Positions 14,301-25,659 of a DNA stretch of 64,000 nt are shown in pieces. How positions within the stretch are numbered: position 1 is the stretch's first letter; each line of letters begins with the position of its first letter. Both the position numbers and the translations under genes were made by a program. Origin of the DNA: Proteromonas lacertae. Its lineage: Eukaryota. The notes under the pieces were generated by a model. It was not told where the DNA came from, ran no database searches, and saw only the letters and a list, made by a program, of their open reading frames with translations. Where the stretch lies: positions 124,001-188,000 of the forward strand of contig NGBS01000002.1 of the NCBI GenBank assembly GCA_002245135.1. The letters run 5' to 3'.

Positions 14301-17052
14301 TTATTAGAATCATTGTTTGACACTTTATTGATCAGTTATAAATCAATTTTACTAACAGATTCAAATATAAGCGAAGTAACTGAACAAGTGTATAAAGATT
14401 TTCCAGATGGTGCTTATATATTAGATATAAGTTCAGGTTATACATCCATAGAATTTGCTGAAGCTTGTATTGAAAATCAATTAATATATCCAAAGTTCAT
14501 GTTTTACCACTTTTTAATGGATGAATTTACAATAAATACACATTTAAAAGCATTTGAAAGACATATATTATTCTCCTCTTGGTCGATCTGCTCTAGGTAC
14601 AAATCCATTAAGACAATACGAAAAGAGTAGAGAATTCTATCAAAAATTCATAAAGAAATATGGTGATACAATAATAGTAACAAGTGCAGCTGAAGCAATT
14701 TATGTAGCAATAAAACTATGGGCTTTTGGTGTAAGAGAAGCATTTTCCTACGATGGTAAAGTAGTAAGAGATGGAATGGCTGGAGTAAGACAACAAATAG
14801 CTGGTGGTTATGTAAGATTAGAAACAAATAACATGTTATCCAGGAAATTATATGCTTTTACAGTAATAAATGGTAAAATTGAAGTTACAAATAGTCCAAG
14901 TGGTTTATTATATCCTGATGCATTTAGTAGATGGGTATATGAGAATGAAGGTAAAGATTGTGATTGGTTAAATAAGAATGGTATGTTTTATAGAGATAAA
15001 ATGATTAAATTTGGTGTAATTCTAGAAGATGATTTTGAAGCTAGGAATGATGTATATAATGCTTGGTTTGCCATTGATTTAGCAGTTCGAACATTGAATG
15101 ATGCAGGTGGAATAAATGGTTACTTTATTGTGGTTGAATCTAGGATTGTGAAGAATAATGAAATTTTTAATACATCTTTGGAATTAATGAGTAGTAAGAA
15201 TTACACTGTTATTTTTGGTTGTTTATCCGAAGAATGTCGTGATATAGTTTCACCATTAGCTGTTACATATAAGAAATTATTCTTTTTCCTAGGTGATAAT
15301 ACTGGTGAAAGTTTTTCAATTTATACAATTCAAATAGGTTCAACCATACATCAAAAAATGTTAATATCATTGAAATATACACAAAAATTCTATAAGAATT
15401 ATTACATACTAAGTGATAATACTTTAAGTGATTTATATTATAAAATACCGCAACAGATGGTTAGTGAATTGCCAAATTCAGTTTTATTAGGTACAAAAAT
15501 ACTTCATAGTGATTTAGATGCAACTTCATTCTTTTATAACATATATAAAATGGATCGTGACATAGATCATTTGATTATATTTACAGCAATTTCAACTAAG
15601 TATATTGGTAAATGTTTAGATTTATATAATCAATACAATTTATTATCAAGAAGAGTGTATTTTATATTTGTTAAATACAATCATTATACATTTGAAATAT
15701 TTGATTTATCAAAATTATCTGGTAGTTTTATACCATTGCCATACTATCAGAATATAGATACAACTACAAACACTGCTTTTGTAAAGAATGCTGAAGATAT
15801 ATACTCTGATAATTTCTATTTATCATCAATCTATGAAACTACTTATGATACAATAACCATCTACAAAGAAGCAGTTTTAATAGCAAAGGCATATGCTGCT
15901 GGGGAAGAATGGCCTTCTACTGATTATATTAGATTATCATTGATTAATTTAAGATATCAATCACCATCAGGTTATATAACAATATTGAATAACAATTATG
16001 CAAAGAGACCAATGTATTTAATGTTAATACTTGGTCAATCTTCATTTTTACAAATACATCCTGAATTAGGTTATTCTGAAGAATGTGAACCAAATCCTTA
16101 TATTAATGGGACTCCAGCAGGATATGAAAATACAAAGTATATCGAAATCATTGAAAGAGATTTAGTAATCAATTACATATGTTTTACACTTGGAGGTATT
16201 AATATCATCATTGTCTGTATTTGCTTCTATTTCACTGTAAAATACAGAAAAGTCAGAATTATTCATTGTTTATCAGTCAGTTATCATTATTGGTTCTTAT
16301 TAGGATGTTTGGCTTGTATAATGTCAATAATGACAATGGCAATTACACCATCACCAACATCTATTATCTGTAGGACAAGAGTGGTATTTATGCCATTCGC
16401 TTTAACTCTTTTAACATCAGCAATGTGTTATAAGACTATTGTATATAGATCAGTGAAGAGGAAGAGAGTTCATAAGATTAGAATTCAAGCTTGGAAGTTA
16501 GTAAGATGGTTTATAATTACATATATTATACCTTTTATATTGACAATATTATATTTATCAGTTAGTGGTAGTGAATATAATGAAGAGATTGATATAAATA
16601 AGTCATCTTATTTAGTTACTAAAGTATATAAGACATGTACTAGTAATGATACATGGATAGCCGTATTTGCATTTTACTTTGGTATTTATTTATTCTTTAC
16701 AACATTTATGGGAATTTTGACTAGAAAAGTTGCTAATGAATTTTATGATTCTTATATTTTATGTGTTTCCTCTGCTTTTACATTCATTTTAGGATTTGTA
16801 TTATTTGCATTGGATTATGTTATTGGTGAAGATATTAATTCGAAATTAGTTTTAAGAGGCGTTGGATATCAGTTAATTGTTTTGGCAGTTATATTATTAC
16901 AGTATGTACCGAAGTTTATTGTGAAAGTAACGAATGAAGAAGCTTTAGATGAAACTGATTCTATTATTCGAGATGTAGATAGAAGTTCAGTAACTTCTAT
17001 GTCAAGAACAACAATGAGTATGACAAAGACATCAACTAGAACTCATCAATAG
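5302..17052 (+). CDS. Giant class C GPCR-like receptor: signal peptide + ~9 tandem type-1 periplasmic-binding (Venus flytrap, UrtA/AmiC-like) domains + 7TM; frameshifted in this assembly
   Basis: Signal peptide MDRIAYVIILLIIFPYILAQ. About 9 short introns at 5711-9397. Repeats of ~370-390 aa with G(I/V)LxSLxG...LAVxxINxxGG...FG...L(F)Y...EGxECSxN, each ending P(W/F)...CxW/L. Terminal 7 hydrophobic helices (~16160-16925) with class C-like C..R, KT, TRKVxxEFxDS and YVPKF. Confidence 0.85.
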
Positions 17053-17183
17053 TTATAGAATATTATTATTTTATTTACTATTATTATATTGAATTGTTTT
17101 AAAGGTGATTAAATCAAAAATAATGTTTAGAAAAATAGATTCGTTTCAACTTAAAAAATTGAATCTTTTTTATTAATTATCTC

Positions 17184-18356
17184 ATGAAACAAATCTTTAT
17201 TTTATATTTTAGTTTTACTATTGTATTAGGCTGTTATAAATTTTGTAATGGTAATGGTAAATGTGGAGCTAAGGACAAGTGTGACTGTTATATTGGTTGG
17301 GGAGGAGCAGATTGTTCTTTAAGTATTTAATATAATTTATTAATTTTCATACTAGGAGCTTGTCCTTATGGTGAAGCTTTAATTGATATACCTTTGGGAG
17401 ATTTGAATCATGATGGAGATGTGGATGATAAAGCTGTTAAAACTGATTTTAGGCCAAAATATGGAATGACTGAGAATTTAAAAGGCTATGTAACAAAATC
17501 CAGAGCACATCGTTATGCTGAGTGCTCTAACACTGGAACATGTAATAGAAAAACTGGTGAATGTGAATGCTTCAATGGCTATGAAGGTAGTGCTTGTCAA
17601 CGTCGTCAATGCCCATCAAAAGTTGCTGGTGTGAGTTGTAGTGGACATGGCATTTGTATGAGTAGTACAGCATATGCTAAAGAGCAAGGAAGTACTTATT
17701 ATGGTTGGGAATTGGATAAATTCTTAATGTGTAAATGTGATGATGGCTATGAAGGAGTTGATTGTAGTTTGAGACAATGTCCTTATGGATTTGATCCTGT
17801 GTTATATAGTGGTACAACAATGAAGTATGTGATTGAAGGTGAAAATATAAAGAAGTTTACAAATTCAATTAGTTTTTATTTTCAAATAGATTATGATGGT
17901 AGAACATACAATACTCCAGTAGTATTTCCTTTAGAACCAGCTATTATGTGTCCTGGATGGAATAAAGATATATCCGCTGTTGCAATGTATCAAGAAGAAA
18001 TTAAAATAGCATTACAATCAACATTTCCATTAAGCCAATCAAGAGTATTAATATCATGTTCAACTGATACTACACCTACATTAAAGCAAATAGAGATTAT
18101 TGTTGATTCTATAGATCCAAGATTATTCATTAAATCTACTCTCCAAGCTGTTCAGGATAATGGTCATAATCTATTTGATAAAAAAATCAATGGACAAATA
18201 TTTAACAAAGGAAGTGAAATTACTAACTTAAAGAATGTCAATATCCCTACACTTTGTTCAAGTCGTGGTTTATGTGATCAATCTACAGGATTATGTAATT
18301 GCTTTCAAGGATATTACGGTTATACATGTGAGGTGAAATTAGCAGTTCAGAGTTAA
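17184..18356 (+). CDS. Secreted Cys-rich EGF-repeat protein, stramenopile mastigoneme (Sig1/Ocm1)-like
   Basis: ATG 17184 with signal peptide (MKQIFILYFSFTIVLG), intron 17323-17355, EGF motifs CNGNGKC, DCSLRACP, DIPLGDLNHDG, AHRYAECSNTGTCNRKTGECECFNGYEGSAC, CPYGFDP, terminal CSSRGLCDQSTGLCNCFQGY. Confidence 0.8.
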
Positions 18357-18462
18357 TTAGTGTTTTTATTTATGTATATATATACTATTATAATCTTTAT
18401 TTTATTAACAATAAACAACAAATTAATAAAATATATAATTTTCCATAATATTTCTTTTATTT

Positions 18463-19844
18463 TTAATAATTATACTCTCTTGCTGTTAATATCTGTTTAG
18501 CAAAACCAGCAAACTCTTGAGGTGTACTTGCTTTCTTACAAAATGGATGTTCTAATAAATCAGCACAACTAGCACGTTCTTTAGGCTATTTATAATAATA
18601 ATATTATTATATTATATTATATTATATATATATACATCAGTTTTCAATGCTTTAGCTAAGAAATCATTAAATTCATCTGACCAACTACTTGGATCCTTCG
18701 GAGTTGGGCTACTTTCAGATATAATCTTCAATAATGCTTGCATAATAGGTAAATCAATCCATGGTGGTTCTCCATCTGCCATCTCTAGTGCTGTTATACC
18801 CATAGACCAAACATCAACTTCACTTCCATATTCATTACCTCTAATCAACTCAGGAGCCATCCAATAAGGTGTACCAACGACAGATTTACGTTTATCATGT
18901 TCTTGTGTCAAACCTACAGCAAATCCAAAATCAGCAATTTTCACTCTACCATTCGTATCTACCAATATATTATCACTCTTTATATCACGATGTAATCTAT
19001 GATGTGAATGCATCTCTGCTAAAGCACTGCATAACTCTCTACATACATACGCGATATGTTCTTCAGGGAAAATGATTCCTGGTCCTAATATATCAGTTAG
19101 CGGACCACCAGTCATTAATTCCATTACAATATATAGTCTATTATCCCATATGAAATATTCATAAACTCTTACAATACTTTCATGTTTACAACTACTCTGT
19201 ACGACAATCTCATTCTTAATTGCGTCCATTTCTGAGATTGGACAGCATTTAATGGCTCTTTTACTACCATCTGCTTTACAGATTGCTTCATAGACTTGTC
19301 CTGATGCACCTTCGCCTATTTTGTCTAGTAATTGATATGTAATTTCTGGATTTCTTTCTTGGAACACTACTTTATCTGCAGTTATTTCTTCATCTTCCTT
19401 CTTTTTAATTGGCTGAACTGCTTCTGGTACAGCTCTGTTAGGACCTTGTGTTTGGAACTTCAATACATCTAATACTTCCTGCGGATGTTCTTGAATTTGT
19501 TGTTTTGTTATATTAGAAGATTGCAATAAAGCCATCCATTCTGGAGGTAAATTATCAAAACCGAAAGGATTATCTGGATTTACAGTAACATGTACTTTTC
19601 TTACAAAGCAAGTAGGTTTTGAGATTTTAGAATCAGAAGAGGATGATGCTATTTGGGTTGATTTCTTAAGTTCTGGTGGTAGAGAGTGTTCTGCTTGAAT
19701 TGTTGCATTCTTTTTTAGATGATCTGGTAGTTGATCATATATTTCTTTAGGTATATTCTAATGAAATGAAATAAAGTAAATTTATACTTGAAGACTGTTA
19801 TCAATATGAAAAACTCGCTTAAAACCAGTGACGTTGCTACTCAT
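18463..19844 (-). CDS. PAK/STE20 family kinase with CRIB/PBD region
   Basis: ATG 19844, introns 19787-19758 and ~18634-18586; ISKPTCFVRKVHV...LPPEW CRIB/autoinhibitory region; GEGASG, HRDIKSDN, DFG, SVVGTPYWMAPE; stop at 18463. Confidence 0.92.
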
Positions 19845-20125
19845 CTTATTATTGTTTATAATTTATGTTTACCTAAAATAAATCTCTACAGGATCCAAGT
19901 TAAATCGAATATAAAAAAATTAAAATTCTACCTTGACTGTATTATATAAGAATTAAATTCAAGATAAGCCTATGTTATTTGTAACGCATATTTTTTATGA
20001 ACTTCAAAAAATTCTTTTTTCTCTAAATCTCTAAACTAACAAACATAGATCATACAGTAAATGGAGATTTGTTATTTATGATAAATAATGGTCAATACAA
20101 GAAGGTATTATGTAAAGAAATGTAT

Positions 20126-20825
20126 TTATTCACAGTTCTTTACTTCTAAATCAACAATTTTATCCCAGTTTTCTCCCCAAAACTCTTTCAATACAGTTTT
20201 GTAGATTATCTTGAACCAAGGAGAAATTTTATCTGTAGAATCCTTCATAAGCTAGAATATACATCACATAGATATAAATATACATTGTCTAATTCTTCTT
20301 CAGTATAAAATTTTAATTCAGATATCTCATCTTTGTTATAACCTGAATAATCTTCTTCAATATCAATATTGCTGAATATAATATGGTCACATTCATGCTC
20401 TCCATATTCTTCATTATCACACTGAGCTTTATATAGGAATTTTCTAACAGTGATAAAATCCACATCTTTACAGTCTAAATTAATTTCATATTTTATTCTT
20501 CTTATTGCAGCATCTCTATCACTTTCTCCTTGTTTCTGATGACTACAACAAAAATTAGTTAAATATCCTGGAAAAGTTGGTTTAGTTTCTGATCTTCTTT
20601 GTAAAACTATTTTACCACTTTTATTCTTGCATATAACACTAAAGGCTCTGTGTAACATATGATCTGATTGTATATTTGACCAAGTATGACCTAAACAACA
20701 TCAAGAAGGAGAATACATTGCTTCTTTATTATTAATTCACCAGTTTCTTTATCGTTATTATCAACAATTACACATTTGTCATTCAATAAAAAGTAATCTT
20801 GAGCGTTTACTTCTGGTTGTGACAT
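20126..20825 (-). CDS. IDI1: Isopentenyl-diphosphate delta-isomerase (type 1, Nudix fold)
   Basis: LHRAFSV, LQRRSxxKxTFPG, TNxCCSH, GEHExDHI, SPWF motifs; two short introns. Confidence 0.92.
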
Positions 20826-20995
20826 TTTGAAAAAACTAGATATATTGAATAAAGAATAGCTATGTCAAAATGAATAAATATGTAAATACGAGTTTTGTTT
20901 TAAGAAATAAAAAAATGATCTTCGAGTCAAAAGCTTGTTCATTTTTGAATGTAAAATTGACAAAAAACCAAAACAATTCAGTAAATGACAATAAT

Positions 20996-22387
20996 TTATA
21001 TTTCACTCCATTCACTAATTTCATTAGGTGGCATAGCTCTAGGCAAAGAAGTTAGTCTATTTCTAATTTGAGGTGCATTCTTATCACCTCTAACGATTTG
21101 ACTTTCAGTAGGTAATAAAGAGAATGGCATTACTTCATCCTTCATATTATCAAAGTGTAATAGAAACACAGTTATATCATCAATGACTCTTTCATGTTCT
21201 TCCCATTTCTCTTTACCATAACTAACTACACTCTCAGTTACAGTTTCTAATAATTCATAATTATTCATACTATCAACCACTAACTTCTCTAAATCAACTC
21301 TTGTTGTACATTCAAATAATCCATTACTTCCCATCAAAAGATATGGTATTTGTTCATTCAATTCAATTTCACCAGTTACTGGCTCACAAATTACACCATA
21401 ATCTTTAACGCATATGTCACCAACAGATCTAGATATTGATAAACCTGGCATATATAATTTTGGAACATAAACACGAGGTTTTTGATAATCTATTATTTCA
21501 CCATGTTTGGCTAATATTCTTTGTTTTTCTTCATCTATATTACAAGTATGAAGTGGACTTAATTGGATTAAATATGTATTGTCTGTTGATTGAGTACTTG
21601 TAGCCATATACAAACGACTATATATACATCATAAAAATAATTACAATAAATAAATATAAATAAATAAATATATATATATATACCAATCTCCTATTGATGC
21701 ATAATATAACATTTCTTGTTTTATGTATATAATTATTAAACTAGCACCACTACAATAACAATCTATCATTGTATCATTTATTAAATCTTTATTTATTAGT
21801 TGTATTGTATTATATAATCCACTTTTTATATCAACTGTTCCTGCATTTACTTCTTTTGGTAAATATTTTTGTATTAATTCTTTTACTTGTTCTGCTACTG
21901 TACCTCCTCTACTTCCATGACCATCTATTATTGCTGCACAAAACTATATATATATATATATGAAATTATGATAATTATACACTATCACTACATTTATTCA
22001 CTGGATCATATACCAAAACAGAATCTTGACACATTGTTCCAGCCTTTAAAGGATCATCGCCAGATAACATCTATTTAAAGAAGTAGAATAAAACAAATAC
22101 TGAATAAGCCCAGTCCAAATGTAGATATCTTCCCCTACCAGCAAAACTAGTAATATCACATTGCGATACAGGATTTCTATTGACTATAAAAACTAATATA
22201 TACGGATGTTTCTTAATTAATCTTCTTTTATCAGCCACTGATCCTTCTTTTGATATTTTCTCTATATCAGCACGAGTCATTGGATGAGTCATTGTCAAAC
22301 ACCTTCGTATATCATGTCTTATAATTCTTTCCTAAAAATAAAGCATAGTTGAAATACCAAATCTGGCTGACTCATTTTTGCTCCCAT
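20996..22387 (-). CDS. PP2C/PPM-family protein phosphatase, probably N-myristoylated
   Basis: Starts MGAKMSQP; DGHG, GAS, SIGD.RL, GLSISRSVGD, DDIT motifs across ~5 short introns; the usual DGL motif reads NGL. Confidence 0.85.
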
Positions 22388-22620
22388 TTTTAACTAAATT
22401 AAGCAACAGCGTTTTATAAAATCTATTAAAAAATGAAAAATATAACTTCAAAAAACGAATATATTTTCAATATTTTCTGTTTGATTTATACACCTGCTTT
22501 ATATCTATAATTAACATCATATTTTACAAATACAACTAAACATAAAAATAATAAAACTAAATAAAAAGATTCTTAAACACAATCTAAACAAAATTTCTAT
22601 AACTAAACAGCAACTATTGA

Positions 22621-23788
22621 TTATTGAGGTGGTGGTGGTGGTTCATCACTTTGTTGTTGTTGTTGAGAAGTTTGAGGTGATTTTAAATGAACACTATTAT
22701 TGAAATCTAAATCAGGATTAGGAGTATGCATGTCACTTTCTTTTACTGTAGTTCCTATTCTTGGTGTGACTTTAATATCACCATCTTCAGGATCAGGGAT
22801 TTTCTTAACTTCATCTTCTTTTTTTTCTTCAATTACTGTATTTTCAACTACAGTTGTCTCATTTACTGTTGTTTCGTTGTTATTAATGTTATTATCTTCA
22901 TCATCTATTACATATTCACTATCACCTTCATCGTCCTCATCATTACCTCCATTTCTTTCATAGAAATTATACACATCATTTTGGTTTAATAACTCTTTGT
23001 ATGAAGGAGATGGTTCAAATGGTAATTTTACTGGTCTTACTATTTACGTATATATATAGATATTACAAAATGAATAAATATACATTGTCTTCTCACTGCA
23101 TATAATTCTTTTAATAATGTCTTAAATGATTTGGTTATATTCACATCTGTTTTTGCTGAACATAATACATATCTAATTCCCCTCTTATTGTTTCTTTGAA
23201 TCCATGTTGGAATTATTTCATTCTATTTATTATTAATTATATTATTATAAATAGTATAATATATACAGCACGTTTTTGTTTATTTTTCGAAGCTAAGTCT
23301 ATTTTATTCACAAGAATCAAAATAGGATAAATAATATTCTGATAATTCTAAAAAATGATAAGAAATAAGGATAATACTGGAACGTTCTTTTGTCTATATT
23401 TCACTATTTGATTATATAATGTATCTATATGAGATAAAAGTTTTTTATCTGTAATTTCAACCACTATTACAGCTCCATGTGATTTTTCTAAAGCAAAATC
23501 AGTCATATCAACTAATGGTTTTCCTGGACAATCCCAAAACTATAAATAGCATTTTCATAACAATACTTCGTATGTACAAAGAGGCATTTCTGATAATTTC
23601 ATTGAAATAGTTGCAAGTTTTACTATTACATTAAAAATAAAAAATAAAAGCGATATACTACTATTTTGTACAACATAATCTGTTGGGAGGGTATTGGTTA
23701 TCAATCTCTCCAATATTGTCGATTTTCCACAACCAAATGGGCCTAACACTGGTACTTTAAATAATAAATTAATTATATCCTCTGACAT
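22621..23788 (-). CDS. Divergent Rab-like small GTPase with acidic/Pro-rich tail and no C-terminal Cys
   Basis: GPFGCGKS (G1), WDCPG (G3), NKIDL (G4), SAK (G5) across several short introns; tail ends ...EPPPPPQ. Confidence 0.75.
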
Positions 23789-24463
23789 CTTTTTATTTCT
23801 TCAATTTTCGGTAAAAATAAAAAAAAACAATTAAAAACGGCTATTTATTCATTTTCTAAAATAAAACTTATATAAAGGCTAATTACTCTTTAAAAATGAA
23901 TATGCATATAGTTGATTAGAAAATGAAATACATATAAGTATTTTAATTAATTAAATGTCAGGAAATATAGGAGTAGATATTTACAGTAAAGAAGAAATAG
24001 TAATATAAAAAATATACATTATTTAATACTTTATATATTGATTTAACTGGAGATATAAAAAAAACTAGATTTAATACTGAAAAATGGTACTTTTTAAAGA
24101 ATATAGAAATTTATTTAGAAAAAGTTACTATATTAGATCTTTTTCAACTAATTGTAATTCATAATGCTTAAATCTTTAATTAGTAACATATATAACAAAA
24201 TTTCATAATATATCATTCTAAAAGTGAAATATTACAGATTAAAAGAAAGGAGATAATGTATAATTCTTATTTTTGTTATTACAATCACACAAATAACTAG
24301 TGAAATTATTATCATTAAAAATAGATTATTGTATGTTTTCTGGATACAGTATTTTGCAATAACAATTCAATCCTTATCACTCAACTTTGCGGAGCCAAAG
24401 TTTTGTAACGAATATTTGCAAATAAGAAGTTTTCATATATACTATACATAATTAATAATAATT

Positions 24464-25071
24464 CTGTTGTGCGCCGTTGAGCTAAATGCGCCGTTGAGCG
24501 TTAAGAAGACTTTTTTCAATTCTAATATCATAAACGTAACCTCTGGCCCTTCAATATTACTAATCAACACTTTGTTTTCCAAAATAGTTACGTTGGCCTA
24601 ATATCGTATAGTCGTGTTTAAGTTCCTGTACTGGAAACACTTTTTATTTTTATATTATTTTAAAAGCTTATAACAATAGTAGACATCGGGATGAAGGTTT
24701 CAAATAGAAAAGGAATACCTACTTATTGCATTTACCTGCTTAAAATTTATTTTGAAAAAACAGGCTTGAATGAGGCTTGAATAGATTTTTTATTTTCGTT
24801 TTTAAGTGTCTTAACAACTACAAAATGTGTGATTTAATTGCTTAAACTAATGTATTTTTAACTCTAGTAGTGATTGAAGCAAAAAAAATAAAAATAAAAT
24901 TATAATTGTTTTCAATATGTTGGCATAAATTTAAAAAATTTATCACAGATGTAGGTCATATGACAAACTAACTATATATTTGTTAATAACTCTTTATAAC
25001 TAAGATAAAAATGATATTAGTTTGTTTTAAAAGTAATTGCATGATGAGAGCGTCTCAACGGCGCACAACAG
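24464..25071. mobile_element. MITE-like non-autonomous element, 608 bp, with perfect 18-bp terminal inverted repeats
   Basis: CTGTTGTGCGCCGTTGAG at 24464-24481 and its exact reverse complement at 25054-25071; subterminal repeat TGCGCCGTTGAGC again at 24487-24499; GC-rich ends in AT-rich DNA; no clean TSD. Confidence 0.7.
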
Positions 25072-25074
25072 TAG

Positions 25075-25480
25075 CCATCACATCACAACAAATACTAACT
25101 GTCAACTATGATTTTACATTATTTTTTACATTTAATAATTTAAATGATAGTATATTAATTGATTTTTTGATTGATGAAAATGGTGTTAATTCTACTCCAT
25201 CATATGAAATTTGAATAGGTAAATGTATAATACTTTCTCTATTTAAATCCTTAGTAAGAAGGATGTTATAATTATCGGATGATTTGAATGATTTTTATCT
25301 ATCATTATTATTTACAATTGGATATTTTTCTATTAACTGAGGAATTGGTTTTTGTAGAAACTCACAATATTGTAAAGAGTTAATACCTTTTCTCCTTCCA
25401 CTTTTATTTTCATATTAAATTGAATGAGTTATTAAATATATATGTTGTATTTCCTTTATCCACATTTGCAGTTGGATTAG
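25075..25480 (-). pseudogene. Possible decayed DDE transposase fragment (CACTA/Plavaka-like)
   Basis: Stop-interrupted frame reads ...QYCEFLQKPIPQLIEKYP...IHLPIQISYDGVELTPFSSIKKSINILSFKLLNV, resembling the first catalytic DG region of CMC-superfamily transposases. Confidence 0.3.
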
Positions 25481-25659
25481 TCATGTGACTAAAATTCAAT
25501 TTAATACGCTTGTTATCATGAGAATAATCATAATCTTTATTTTAAGAGTAATTAGTCTCTATTCTCTCTATTTTTCACTCAAAAACAAAACAAAACAATT
25601 AAAAGCTTGATTTAAATAAAAAAGCTTGAGCTAAATTCAAATTTAAAAATTGAATATCA

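Noticed and set aside
5990..14630. Euplotes-style stop-triggered +1 ribosomal frameshifting in the receptor
   Set aside because: No shared slippery motif before the stops, and repeat consensus places several shifts many codons upstream of the stop (e.g. 8921 versus 8972).
24470..24499. Direct repeat TGCGCCGTTGAGC as a CRISPR-like array
   Set aside because: Only two copies with a 4-nt gap, in a eukaryotic context; better explained as a subterminal transposon repeat.
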